From positions 96,001 to 160,000 of the forward strand of contig CAVSGG010000007.1 of NCBI GenBank assembly GCA_963727455.1: 64,000 nucleotides of DNA, written 5' to 3'. A program made the position numbers and the translations under genes. Origin of the DNA: Candidatus Krumholzibacteriota bacterium (GTDB lineage: Bacteria; Krumholzibacteriota; Krumholzibacteriia; JAJRXK01). Of this stretch, positions 1 through 9,834 are shown piece by piece (within the stretch, counting starts at the first letter, position 1; every line of letters starts with the position of its first letter). The notes under the pieces were generated by a model. It made no database searches and had not been told where the DNA came from. It saw nothing but the letters and a program-made list of their open reading frames with translations.

Positions 1-926
1 TCGTTCTGCTCCTCGCGCCAGCGGCTCAACTCGCCCGAACGCACTTCGCTGGATTCCTCGAAGGCCTTGCGCAGAGACTCGGACTGCGTTTGCACTTCTT
101 CCTTGAGCGAGGCGATCGACTGCTCCAGCGATTCCTTGAGGGATTGCAGTTGCTCCTTCAGCAGTTGCTCCGCGCTGTCCTTTTGGTCCTGCAGAGATTC
201 CTGCACGGCGGACTTGTAGCCCTGGGAATCAGCTTCCGCTTGCTTGCTCAGCGCCTCGTCCAGGATCTCCCGTACGCGGGAGGCGAATGCGTCGTTGACG
301 CTCTCGTCGTGTTCGCTCAGCGCCTGCTTCAACTTCTTCTCGAATTGGTCCACCACCGTCTCGATGATAGCCCTTGTATCCTCGCTTGGAGGCTGGCTCG
401 CGTCCGGGGCCGAGGTCGGGTTCGCGCTCCCGCTCGCATCGGAATCCGTGCTGCCATCAGATGGGCTTTCCCTGCGCAGCTCGACGTACTTGGCCAAGGA
501 CTCCTGAAGCACCTCGGAAAGCCGCGCTGCGAGAGAATTCTCCAACAGCTCTGCCCGCCGGGAGACAGTCTCCTCGAGCTCGTCGGCATCGAACTTGGTG
601 CCTCCCAGGCCGCGCAATTCCTCGATCTTGGCCGCGAGGATTTCTTCCATGGCCCCGCGCAGGATGGATTCCAGCTGGCCCCTCTCCTTGCTGAGCCGGT
701 GCTCTACCTGATCCACCACTCCGTCGAGCCCGTCCGCCAGGCTGCCGCGCCAGGCCGCGTCCTGGCTGCGAGAGCTTTCCTTCACCTCGTCCACCAGACG
801 GTCCGTGGCGTGCGCCAGCCCTTCCAGGGCCTGAAGGACTACGCGTTCGGTCGCGGGGGACTCGCTGCTCGCGCCCGGATCTTTGTCCTCAACCGTGGTT
901 GCTTGGTTGTTGCTCTCGTCGTACAT
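1..926 (-). CDS. Acidic coiled-coil/helical protein, runs off the left edge (3' truncated)
   Basis: Not in the ORF track. Read manually: RBS AAGAGGA, then ATG at 926-924, MYDESNNQATTVEDKDPG..., open to base 1. E/Q/L-rich heptad-like sequence (EQLLKEQLQSLKESLEQSIASLKEEV). The 90..944 (+) ORF is its antisense shadow. Confidence 0.75.
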   Translation of the reverse strand, partial: MYDESNNQATTVEDKDPGASSESPATERVVLQALEGLAHATDRLVDEVKESSRSQDAAWRGSLADGLDGVVDQVEHRLSKERGQLESILRGAMEEILAAKIEELRGLGGTKFDADELEETVSRRAELLENSLAARLSEVLQESLAKYVELRRESPSDGSTDSDASGSANPTSAPDASQPPSEDTRAIIETVVDQFEKKLKQALSEHDESVNDAFASRVREILDEALSKQAEADSQGYKSAVQESLQDQKDSAEQLLKEQLQSLKESLEQSIASLKEEVQTQSESLRKAFEESSEVRSGELSRWREEQN

Positions 927-944
927 GTCGGCTTCCTCTTTTGA

Positions 945-3900
945 CTAGAGTGTGCTCACGCGAGAGAGCACCGCGCGGTACTCCCCAGCGAGATCACTGA
1001 GATAGCGGCCGTAGGCCTCCGTGGCCCTCTCGCGGGCGCGTTCACCGTATCGTTCACTCTCGAAGAGTCTCTCGTACCGGGCATGGCATTCGGCGTGACG
1101 TTCCATGCGCTGCGCGCACTGGGCCATGCGCCACTGCAACTCTTCCTCCCAGAAGTCCTCGGCTTCGTCCATCACCGCGTGCAGGATTGCTTCGGCTCGC
1201 GTACAGCGATCCAGACGCAGGTAGGCATCCGCCAAAAGACAAGCTCTGCGCAAGCGGGCTTCGCCTTCTGTTTTGGTTTCACTGAGGAGGGTGGCCGCCT
1301 CTTCCACTCGATCGCGCTCGAGCAAGATGGCGCCGAGCTTCAGGCGTGCCTCGGCATCGTCGGGCTTGGTCTCGATCCGTTGACGGAGCGCAGCGCTCTT
1401 GTGTTCGAGCCGTTCGATCCGCCAGCGTCCCACCATGGAATAGACTTCCGTCCACTCCAGGCCCTCTTTGGTGAGGCCCCCGAAGATGCTCTGCGCCTCC
1501 TGTTGCCGGCCCACGTGCTTGAGACCTCTGGCCAGTTCGCTGCCCAGACGGACGCGGTCCTCCCCTTGGGCCGTCTCGAAGGCCTGGCGCAGCACGGCTA
1601 GACTCTCGTCCCTGCGGCCCTCCTGCCGGTACGATTCGGCCTGCCGCAGGATGAAGTTGATGTGTCCGAAGCCGCGTCGGGTCGCCGCGGAGAGACGGGT
1701 GTTCAGTTCGTGTTGCCGCTCAGGCGGGAGAGCACTCGGCTGAGGCAGAGCGTCAAAAGCTTCTTCGACCTGGCCGGCTCTCAGCAGAAGGTCGTGCTGG
1801 ATCAGTCGCAGTTCTCCGTGCTCCGGCGCATCTGCGAGAAGCGAGTTCGTGATTGCGAGCGCCGACTCCACGTCGAGCTCTTCGTGCTGAAGCGCCTGCC
1901 ACAGCAGCTCGGCGGCCTCGTCTCGTTCACCATCCTGTCCCCTGAACTGCGCCAAGCCCATGAGCAGGCCCCAGTGGGAGGGCACACGCTGCTGGAACTC
2001 CTCCAGCATGGCGCGCCTCAGTTCCACCGGATAGTTCGGGTTGGTGGACAGAGAAGCGACGAGCTCCGCCGCCGCATTCACCTGCTTGTCCGCGAGCAGG
2101 ATGCGAGCGCTGGTTCTCTGCGGCAAGAGCTCCACGGGATACTCCTGAGCGATCTTGCGCAGCTCGGCGAGCACGCGCCGGATCTCGCCCGTGTTCTGGC
2201 CGTAGAGGCGGGTCAGAATCTGGCATGCCTCTTCCAGCCGGCCCGCATTCCGTGCGGCATGCGCTGCGGTGTAGAGGAGCGAGAGGGTGGCGGAGGGGCT
2301 CTCCAGTTCACCACTCAAATCGGCCAACACACGGTCGGCAGTGTTGGAGTCGAGGCGCAGCGCGCGTTCATAGGTGCGCGCGGCTGACTCCGGATCGCGG
2401 AAACGCCGGTCGAAGTTGGCGACGAGAAGGAAGTGAGTCGCGCTCGCCGCAGGGAGTGCCAGGAGTGCGTCGAGTTGGGTCGCGACATTCGCTGACAATT
2501 CGCGGCCCAGTTCGGCAGCCTTGCAGAAGGCGGGCACTGCGAGATCGAGATCGTCCCCCGCGGCCACGCCCAAGAGGTAGCGCGCCCGGGCATTGCCCGG
2601 ATCGCTCTCCAGCAGCCCCTGAAGAACCTCGACCGCCTTGGACGGCGTGCCTTCCGTTTCGTTCAACAGCAGCTCGATGTGCGCCACCGCGTCATCCACC
2701 TGTCCCTCGTCGAGGAGTACGCACGCCTGCAAGAGGCGCAGGTCGGCCAGGCTCGCGGAGTCGATTTCCGCAAGGAGGGCACGCTTCACGAGCTCATCGA
2801 GTTGGGCGAAGCGTCCGATGCCGTACAGGGCTTCGCCGTAACCGAGCCACAACGAGGACGACTGTGGAGCATCGGCCAGCAACTGCTCGAAACGCTCGCT
2901 CAGCTCCTGAATCCGCTCGGGCTCGGCCCGCAGCGCGCGGACCAGACACCGCTCGGCCTCTTCGTGTTCTTGGGCTTCCCACAGCAGATCGAAGGCGGCC
3001 AGGTTGAGCTCCGCGTCTTCAGGGCTCTGCTGCAGCGCGCGCCGCAGTCGATCCAGGACCTCCTCGGCGAGCTGCGGCCGAGCCATCAGTAGGATCTGGA
3101 ACTCGGGCACCGCTCGCTCGACCCTGCCGCAGCTCAGAGCAGCGCAGGCCATCGGATAGCGCAGCAGTTGCGTGGCGCCGAGTTCCTTGTCCGCGCGATC
3201 CAGAATGGAGAGCAGGGTCTCGCTGTACTCTGGCATCTCGTCAAGCTGCGTCACGACGTCATCCGCGGTCCACTTCAGGTCCTCGGGGTTGTGACGCAGG
3301 AGGCCGTCGAGAGCTTCGCTCAAGAGCTCGGTCTCACCGGCGGACAGCGAGGGCTTGAGCATGGCGGAGAGCAGTCGGGCCGAAGGATGAACGCGTTGCA
3401 AACAGGTGCGGGTGACCGCGAAGAGCGCGCTCGCGTCCTCCTCCTTCTCCCACAATTCGGCCAGGGTGTCGTTGGCTCCTCGCTGTTGACCCAGACGGGC
3501 GTAGATCACCGCCTGCAGCGCGGCGAGTTCCAGACGCTCCTCGTCCGACCATTCAGGCAAGACCTGTTCGATGGCGCGAATGACCTTGTGCAGGGAGTGC
3601 TCGTCCTGATCGGGAATCTCCGTGGTGTGCTGCACCGCCGCCGCCAGGTCCTTGGCCTGCAGCGCGGCCTCGGTCAGTAGATAGGCCATCTCGGTGGAGG
3701 CCTTGGAATTTTCCTCTCCCTCACCCATGAGCGCGCGCAGCTCGCCGACATCGACATCGCCCTGGTTCTGTAGCTTCTCGATCAGCTTGGACACGCTGGA
3801 GTACCGGCGCATCACCACGAGCAAACGTAATTGAAGCTTCCAGAGGGGGACGGCAGAGGAGGCGTCGATCGACGCGGGCAGGTTCTCCAGCCGCTGCAGG

Positions 3901-4751
3901 ATCTCCGTGCGCGATTTGGGATCGGCATCGGCCGCTTCCCGGAAGAAATCCGCAGCTTCCTCACAGGAACCAGCGGCCAGCGAGAGTTCGGCCAAGGCCT
4001 TCAGCCAGGCTCCCTGGTGCTCGTCGGGCACCTTCTGTTCGCGCAGCGTTTGGAGCAGCGCCGGGGCCGTTTCGGGGCTGGCGGCCCGGATCAGGGTCTG
4101 ACAGGCCTGCTGCACTCTCTTGGCCTGGAGTTGGGCCAGACCGGTTGCGGCCAGTAGCTCGGCGCAATGCGCATGGGCCGTGAGTTCGGATTCGCAGAGA
4201 CTCGCCAGGCGTTCTCCCTCTTCGGAGGCGGCAGTGAGCAGCTCGCGCGCACGGGCCGCAAACTCCTCGGGCCGCTTTTGGGCATGCGCGACGGCCAGTT
4301 GCGCGTAGAGGCTGAATTTCAAGAGATCGGAAGAAGAGGTCGGAGCGAGTCCGGAATGACGGATCTTCAGCTTTTGCCGGTACTGTTCCAGTGCCTCGTC
4401 GTCCAGCTTCTGGACCACGGCGAAGGTGGATTCCGTATCCTCCCGCGAGAGATAGCGGTCGACCAGGAACTCCGCCAAGGGGAGAATCGGTTCGTTTTCG
4501 AAGCGCTCCTGCACGGCGTCCAGTACGCGCGCGCGACTGTCCGGAGCGGTGCGCAGGAGGTTCTTCAGCCAACGCAGTCCGCTGACGTGGTCCCCCAGGT
4601 CCAGGGCCACGTTGGCGGCTTCATACTGGTAGTGTGGTGTATCGGGGTTCTTCTTGGCCCACGATTCTAGCTGCGAAAGGGCTTTTTCCAACTGCCCCTT
4701 CTCGCGCAAACCTTGGATCTTGCGAAGATTTTTCTCGAGATTGCGATCCAT
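945..4751 (-). CDS. Large tetratricopeptide-repeat (TPR) protein
   Basis: ~1270-aa Ala/Leu/Glu-rich helical repeats (DPGNARARYLLGVA, PDDAEARLKLGAILL, AARTYERALRLD). GGGAG RBS before ATG 4751. Confidence 0.8.
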   Translation of the reverse strand: MDRNLEKNLRKIQGLREKGQLEKALSQLESWAKKNPDTPHYQYEAANVALDLGDHVSGLRWLKNLLRTAPDSRARVLDAVQERFENEPILPLAEFLVDRYLSREDTESTFAVVQKLDDEALEQYRQKLKIRHSGLAPTSSSDLLKFSLYAQLAVAHAQKRPEEFAARARELLTAASEEGERLASLCESELTAHAHCAELLAATGLAQLQAKRVQQACQTLIRAASPETAPALLQTLREQKVPDEHQGAWLKALAELSLAAGSCEEAADFFREAADADPKSRTEILQRLENLPASIDASSAVPLWKLQLRLLVVMRRYSSVSKLIEKLQNQGDVDVGELRALMGEGEENSKASTEMAYLLTEAALQAKDLAAAVQHTTEIPDQDEHSLHKVIRAIEQVLPEWSDEERLELAALQAVIYARLGQQRGANDTLAELWEKEEDASALFAVTRTCLQRVHPSARLLSAMLKPSLSAGETELLSEALDGLLRHNPEDLKWTADDVVTQLDEMPEYSETLLSILDRADKELGATQLLRYPMACAALSCGRVERAVPEFQILLMARPQLAEEVLDRLRRALQQSPEDAELNLAAFDLLWEAQEHEEAERCLVRALRAEPERIQELSERFEQLLADAPQSSSLWLGYGEALYGIGRFAQLDELVKRALLAEIDSASLADLRLLQACVLLDEGQVDDAVAHIELLLNETEGTPSKAVEVLQGLLESDPGNARARYLLGVAAGDDLDLAVPAFCKAAELGRELSANVATQLDALLALPAASATHFLLVANFDRRFRDPESAARTYERALRLDSNTADRVLADLSGELESPSATLSLLYTAAHAARNAGRLEEACQILTRLYGQNTGEIRRVLAELRKIAQEYPVELLPQRTSARILLADKQVNAAAELVASLSTNPNYPVELRRAMLEEFQQRVPSHWGLLMGLAQFRGQDGERDEAAELLWQALQHEELDVESALAITNSLLADAPEHGELRLIQHDLLLRAGQVEEAFDALPQPSALPPERQHELNTRLSAATRRGFGHINFILRQAESYRQEGRRDESLAVLRQAFETAQGEDRVRLGSELARGLKHVGRQQEAQSIFGGLTKEGLEWTEVYSMVGRWRIERLEHKSAALRQRIETKPDDAEARLKLGAILLERDRVEEAATLLSETKTEGEARLRRACLLADAYLRLDRCTRAEAILHAVMDEAEDFWEEELQWRMAQCAQRMERHAECHARYERLFESERYGERARERATEAYGRYLSDLAGEYRAVLSRVSTL

Positions 4752-4902
4752 GGTGCTCCCCACGCGAACTCGTAGCCTCGTAGCGCGGATCCTTCCGCGC
4801 TGAACCCCAGACGACCCCCAGAGAGCGAAAGTCGTACCAATTCACCTCAACGAAGCCGGATTCGCCGTTCGAGTCCACCTCGGGTCCAATGGCACGTGGG
4901 TT

Positions 4903-5337
4903 TCAGCGGGAGGCCAGCTGCGTCTTCGCGCCAGACGCGAGGCTGACCGCCACACTGGCGCTTCGGGCGCTCTCGTTGCGGTTCACGTCGCGTGCGGCAA
5001 TCTGGTACCAGTAGCTGTGCCCCGGCCTCACACTGCGGTCCAGTAGCGAATTGGTGGTCACCGGATCGCTACTGAGCGGAGAATAGCCGCCGTGGGGTGA
5101 TTCGCTGCGATATGCAATGTAGCCACGGAGATCGGAATCGACGGTGTTGGCGGCCCAGCTGAGGCTGACCCCTTCTCCCGGGACCAGCTGCGCCGTCAAC
5201 TCGACCGGAACGGCGGGTGGGTTCGTGTCCAGCTTGGGACTGGTTCCCGCCGTCTCATTGCCACAACCCGTGAAAAGTATTGCCAAAAGGACGATTACAC
5301 CCAGGAGGATCAAGGGAGCTCGTCGGGAAATCGCCAT
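4903..5337 (-). CDS. Lipoprotein with a fibronectin type III domain
   Basis: Signal peptide with lipobox-like LFTGC; FN3 motifs LSWAAN..DLRGYIAYRS and YWYQIAARDVNRNES; GAGG RBS. Confidence 0.8.
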   Translation of the reverse strand: MAISRRAPLILLGVIVLLAILFTGCGNETAGTSPKLDTNPPAVPVELTAQLVPGEGVSLSWAANTVDSDLRGYIAYRSESPHGGYSPLSSDPVTTNSLLDRSVRPGHSYWYQIAARDVNRNESARSASVAVSLASGAKTQLASR

Positions 5338-5466
5338 CGCAAAAAACCTCGGATTCCAGATTCAGTTGCCAACTCAGGGCTGTGTCATCGTTCTGGACCG
5401 CCGGATCACCGGCCCACTGGCGCGGAACGGCTCCTCGGTGGCAGCAGCGCCGCTGTGTGCGCACCC

Positions 5467-5482
5467 TGCATAGGCAGTGCCA
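5467..5482 (-). promoter_or_regulatory. Sigma54 (-24/-12) promoter for the FN3 lipoprotein gene
   Basis: Minus strand reads TGGCACTGCCTATGCA, i.e. GG-N10-GC, ~130 nt upstream of the ATG. Confidence 0.7.
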
Positions 5483-5548
5483 GATGGACGGCGGGGAGCT
5501 GGGGCCGCCCTCGGGCCCGGCCTCGGGACAAATGGACCAAAGTGGTTG

Positions 5549-5577
5549 TTGACAATGAGTTAGATGAGGGGTATCCC
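5549..5577 (+). promoter_or_regulatory. Putative sigma70 promoter of the HU/IHF gene, overlapping an IHF-like site
   Basis: TTGACA-17 nt-TATCCC (weak -10). GACAATGAGTTAG resembles the IHF consensus WATCAANNNNTTR. Confidence 0.4.
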
Positions 5578-5661
5578 TTGAAGGGCGGTGTGAGGACTTC
5601 GCTCACGCCACCGGGGCGTTCTGCCCTGGGCCCAATGCCACTTCACTCCACGGGTGTTCCC

Positions 5662-5940
5662 ATGACTAAACAGGATATCGTCGAGGACATCGCACTGCGG
5701 ACCGGATTGACCAAGAAGGAGGTGGCGGAAGCGGTCGAGCTCTTTCTGAAGAGCGTGGGCACCGCTCTCGCCGAAGGCAAGCATTTGGAGATCCGAGGTT
5801 TCGGCACCTTCAAAGTGAAACAGCGCAAGGCGCGCATGGCGAGAAACCCCCGCACGGGCGAGGCGGTGCCGGTGCCCGAGCGCCGCGTTCCGGTATTCAA
5901 GGTGAGCAAGATGCTCAAGGACCGGGTCGCGCTGACCTAG
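5662..5940 (+). CDS. HU/IHF family DNA-binding protein (IHF-beta-like)
   Basis: MTKQDIVEDIA...EIRGFGTFKVKQRKARMARNPRTGEAV: bacterial histone-like signature. Confidence 0.92.
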   Translation: MTKQDIVEDIALRTGLTKKEVAEAVELFLKSVGTALAEGKHLEIRGFGTFKVKQRKARMARNPRTGEAVPVPERRVPVFKVSKMLKDRVALT

Positions 5941-5985
5941 CCCGCTCGAGATCGACCGAGCGCGGGTGATTTTCGTCACGAAGCC

Positions 5986-7008
5986 ATGAAGAGTATCGAT
6001 CTACGCAGTGACACGGTCACGCGGCCCAGCACCGCGATGCGGAAAGCCATCGCCGAAGCGGAAGTCGGCGACGACGTCCACGGTGACGATCCCAGCGTCA
6101 ATTCGTTGCAGGAGAGAGTCGCGCGCGAGCTGGGCAAAGAGGCCGCTCTCTACGTTCCCAGCGGCACCATGAGCAATCAGATCGGGGTGGCGCTTCACAC
6201 CCAGCCCGGCGACCAGCTCATTCTGGAAGCTGAAAGTCACATCTACAATTACGAGGCTGGTGCTCCCGCCGCTCTCTCCGGACTGTGGCCGACCTTGGTG
6301 CCCTCACCCAGCGGGGCGCCAAAGTGGAGCGAGATCGAGAAGCGCATCGCGCCCAAGAACGCGCACAATCCGCGGCCCTCTTTGGTCTGTCTGGAGAACA
6401 CCCACAATCGCCACGGTGGTACGATCGTTCCTCTGGAGTGCATCGATGAAGTTGGCCGGGGGTGTCACGATAGAGGCTTGAAACTGCACCTGGATGGAGC
6501 GCGCCTCTTCAATGCCTCGGTCGCCACCTCGATTCCCTTGGCGCGTTGGTGCGAAAACGTGGACACGGTCTCGGTGTGTTTCTCCAAGGGACTCGGGGCT
6601 CCCGTGGGATCCTGTCTGGCGGGAAGCGAAGCGGAGATCGCCCAGGCTCAGCGGCTGCGCAAGCGTTTCGGTGGAGGCATGCGGCAGGCGGGCATTCTCG
6701 CCGCGGCCTGTCTCTATGCGCTCGACCACAACTTTGCCCGCTTGAGAGAAGATCACGCCAATGCGCGCCTGATCGCCGAAGGCCTGGATCATCCGCGGAT
6801 GAGCATTCCCTCCCTTCCACAGACCAACATCGTGCTCGTGGACGTGGATGAGGAGATCGGTGCCGAGCGTCTGCTCTCCCTGCTCGCCGAGCAAGGCGTG
6901 CGCGCGGTGGCCTTCGGTCCCAGCCGCATCCGGCTCACGGTCCATCTGGATGTCAGCCGCCAGGACTGTGAGCGCGCCCTTTCCATCCTGAACGGGCTCT
7001 CGCTCTAG
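5986..7008 (+). CDS. ltaE: Low-specificity L-threonine aldolase
   Basis: [50 protein letters not shown]. Confidence 0.95.
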   Translation: MKSIDLRSDTVTRPSTAMRKAIAEAEVGDDVHGDDPSVNSLQERVARELGKEAALYVPSGTMSNQIGVALHTQPGDQLILEAESHIYNYEAGAPAALSGLWPTLVPSPSGAPKWSEIEKRIAPKNAHNPRPSLVCLENTHNRHGGTIVPLECIDEVGRGCHDRGLKLHLDGARLFNASVATSIPLARWCENVDTVSVCFSKGLGAPVGSCLAGSEAEIAQAQRLRKRFGGGMRQAGILAAACLYALDHNFARLREDHANARLIAEGLDHPRMSIPSLPQTNIVLVDVDEEIGAERLLSLLAEQGVRAVAFGPSRIRLTVHLDVSRQDCERALSILNGLSL

Positions 7009-7030
7009 TCTCGCCTCGAAAGGATTTGCG

Positions 7031-8362
7031 GTGAAGATCATCATCGTCGGGGCGGGAGCCGTGGGCTCGATCGTCGCAAAACGCCTCAGCCGGGAGAACC
7101 ACGACGTCACCCTCATCGAGGCGAGCGAAGCGGTGGTGGCCGAGGCGCAACAGCATCTCGACGCGCTCGTGATCCAGGGCAACGGGGCGACGATTCCCAT
7201 GCTCAAGGAAGCGGAGGTTGAGAAAACCGACATTCTCATCGCCGTCACCGACGTGGACGAAATCAACATCCTGGCCTGTCTCACCGCGCATCGTCTGGGA
7301 GTACCCACCAAAGTCGCCAGAGTTCGCAACGAGGATTACTATGCCGGCGAATCCTCGTGTTTCGAGGAAATCAGCCACCTCATCAATCCCGACCGCGAAG
7401 CGGTGAACGCCCTGTTCGAACTCCTGCAGAAGAAAGCCGCCACCGACATTTACGAGTTCGCCGACGGCCGCGTGCAGGTGGTCGGCGCGCGCGTGGGCAG
7501 AGGGGCCTCGGTCGAGGGAAAGAGCTTGATCGAGATCGAGAGCGAACTCGGTGCGCGCTGGGCGCTCGTGGCATCCATCACGCGCGCGGGCAAGACCATC
7601 ATTCCCTGTGGCGAAGATCTTCTCCAGGAAGACGATCAGGTGTTCATCGTGGGCCGGCGCGGCAAGATCGAGGAGGCTCTGCAGTACCTGGCTCCGCCCA
7701 CCGCTCCCATCGAGGCGGTGATGATCGTAGGCGCCAATCCAATCGGAGTGAGCCTGGCTCGCATGCTCAGCGACAACGGCATCGCGGTGAAATTGTTGGA
7801 CAGCAACTCCGAGTTGGCACACCGAGCGAGCACGAAGCTGGAGAATACCCTGGTCCTTTTGGGAGATCCGACCGACCTGGAATTCCTCGAGAGCGAGGGC
7901 CTGGCGGAGATGGATGGGTTCGTGGCCCTGAGCGAAGATGACGACATGAATCTCATGGCGAGCCTCTTGGCCCGCACCCACGGTGCGCACAAGACCATCG
8001 CCCTCATTCGTCAACCAAACTACGTGCCTCTCCTTTCGACCATCGGCGTGGATGCGGCAGTCTCGCCGCGTCTTTCCACTGCGGATGCTATCATGCGCTA
8101 CTTCCGGCGCGGGAATTTGCTCAGCCTTACCTCACTCAAGGAGAACGACGCCGAGATCGTGGAGCTACAGGCAACGGAACATTCCAAGGTGACGGGGATC
8201 CCGCTCGCCGAGGTGGAATTCACGAAAAATGCTCTGCTCGGCGCCATCATCAAGCCCTATCAGGTGGTGATTCCTCGTGGGGGTGACGTCATCGACCCTG
8301 GCGACAAGGTGCTCGTCTTCGCACTACCTTCCGCGGTGAGTGCGGTACAGAAGCTCTTCTAG
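7031..8362 (+). CDS. trkA: Trk potassium uptake NAD-binding subunit
   Basis: Two RCK/Rossmann modules (MKIIIVGAGAVG; VMIVGANPIG); adjacent to trkH. Confidence 0.93.
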   Translation: MKIIIVGAGAVGSIVAKRLSRENHDVTLIEASEAVVAEAQQHLDALVIQGNGATIPMLKEAEVEKTDILIAVTDVDEINILACLTAHRLGVPTKVARVRNEDYYAGESSCFEEISHLINPDREAVNALFELLQKKAATDIYEFADGRVQVVGARVGRGASVEGKSLIEIESELGARWALVASITRAGKTIIPCGEDLLQEDDQVFIVGRRGKIEEALQYLAPPTAPIEAVMIVGANPIGVSLARMLSDNGIAVKLLDSNSELAHRASTKLENTLVLLGDPTDLEFLESEGLAEMDGFVALSEDDDMNLMASLLARTHGAHKTIALIRQPNYVPLLSTIGVDAAVSPRLSTADAIMRYFRRGNLLSLTSLKENDAEIVELQATEHSKVTGIPLAEVEFTKNALLGAIIKPYQVVIPRGGDVIDPGDKVLVFALPSAVSAVQKLF

Positions 8363-8372
8363 GACGGCGAAC

Positions 8373-9818
8373 TTGAATCCACGCGTGGTCCTTAGAGTTC
8401 TGGGTCTGCTCGTGTTCGCCACGGGCGTGGCCATGGTGCTTCCGCTGTGCTGTGCTCTGATCTACCACGAGGAGGAGGTCAGGGTCTTTCTCCTCAACGG
8501 ACTACTTGGAGTCGTACTGGGGGGAGGGCTGGTCCTCTTGGGGAGGGGCCGGCACGAACTTGGCACCCGCGACGGCTTTCTCATCGTCACTTTCGGCTGG
8601 ATCCTGGTGGCCCTGATGGGGGCCCTGCCGTTCTGGTTGAGCGGTTCCATTCCCAGTTTCAGCGACGCATACTTCGAGTCGATGAGCGGGTTCACGACCA
8701 CCGGCGCGAGCATCCTCACCGACATCGAAGCCCAGTCCAATTCCATGTTGCTGTGGCGGTCGCTCATCCAGTGGCTCGGGGGAATGGGCATCGTCGTGCT
8801 GAGCCTAGCCATCCTTCCCATTTTGGGCATCGGCGGCATGCAGCTATTCAAGGCCGAGGCGCCCGGACCCACTCCGGACCGTCTCACTCCGCGCATCAAG
8901 GAGACGGCAAAACTGCTGTGGGGGGTCTACGTCTTGATCTCGGCAGCCGAGGTCCTCGCGCTCATCCTGAGCGGGCTCTCTCCTTTCGATGCCCTCTGTC
9001 ACACATTCACCACCATGGCCACCGGCGGATTTTCCACCCGCGACGCTTCGGTGGCGGCGCTGCACAACCCGGCGGCCGAGATCATCATCATCGTGTTCAT
9101 GTTCATCGCGGGCGCCAATTTCTCGCTGCATTTCTCTGCGCTGCGGGGTCGGCTGAAAAACTACTTTCGAGACGACGAGTTCCGCACCTACCTCGTCGTC
9201 ATCCTCGTGGCCGCCACCGCGGTCTTCCTGTCGAATCTCCACCTGACCGATTTCAGCTTTGGACGCAATTTGAGAGGAAGTTTTTTCCAGGTCGTTTCGA
9301 TCATGACGACCACCGGGTTCTGCACGGAGGACTACGCGAAGTGGGGGAGCATGCCGCAGTACCTGCTTCTTCTCTTGATGTTCATCGGCGGGTGCGCCGG
9401 CTCTACGGGGGGAGGAATGAAGAACGCCAGGTTCTTGATTTTCATCCGCCACGCGAGCAACGAACTGCGGAAACTGCTGCACCCGCGAGCGGTGTATACC
9501 ATCCGTTTCAACAAGAGCGCGGTGCCGCCGGACATCGTGACCAACATCATGGGGTTCATCCTCCTGATGATGATCATCACCACCCTGGCTACTTTCTGCA
9601 TGACCGTGGTGGGGCTCGATTTGGTTTCCGCTTTCGGGAGCGTTGCCGCGACTCTCAACAACATCGGACCCGGAGTGGGAAGCGTGGGACCCACCAATAA
9701 TTTCTCTCACGTACATGTGGTGGGAAAATGGGTTCTGACTTTCTGTATGCTAGTGGGGAGGCTCGAACTCTACACGGTGCTCGTTTTGTTTGCTCCGGAG
9801 TTCTGGCGCAAACACTGA
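8373..9818 (+). CDS. trkH: Trk potassium uptake membrane subunit
   Basis: FESMSGFTTTGAS, QWLGGMGI, TTGF, GGCAGSTGGGMK, NNIGPG, MLVGRLE. Probable TTG start. Confidence 0.95.
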   Translation: MNPRVVLRVLGLLVFATGVAMVLPLCCALIYHEEEVRVFLLNGLLGVVLGGGLVLLGRGRHELGTRDGFLIVTFGWILVALMGALPFWLSGSIPSFSDAYFESMSGFTTTGASILTDIEAQSNSMLLWRSLIQWLGGMGIVVLSLAILPILGIGGMQLFKAEAPGPTPDRLTPRIKETAKLLWGVYVLISAAEVLALILSGLSPFDALCHTFTTMATGGFSTRDASVAALHNPAAEIIIIVFMFIAGANFSLHFSALRGRLKNYFRDDEFRTYLVVILVAATAVFLSNLHLTDFSFGRNLRGSFFQVVSIMTTTGFCTEDYAKWGSMPQYLLLLLMFIGGCAGSTGGGMKNARFLIFIRHASNELRKLLHPRAVYTIRFNKSAVPPDIVTNIMGFILLMMIITTLATFCMTVVGLDLVSAFGSVAATLNNIGPGVGSVGPTNNFSHVHVVGKWVLTFCMLVGRLELYTVLVLFAPEFWRKH

Positions 9819-9834
9819 CCGGATTGGAGCGGAG

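Noticed and set aside
90-944. 284-aa plus-strand ORF
   Set aside because: Antisense shadow of the minus-strand coiled-coil gene, which has a proper RBS and follows the TPR gene.
4890-4906. TGGCACGTGGGTTTC as a sigma54 promoter
   Set aside because: It lacks the -12 GC and points into the end of an opposite-strand gene.
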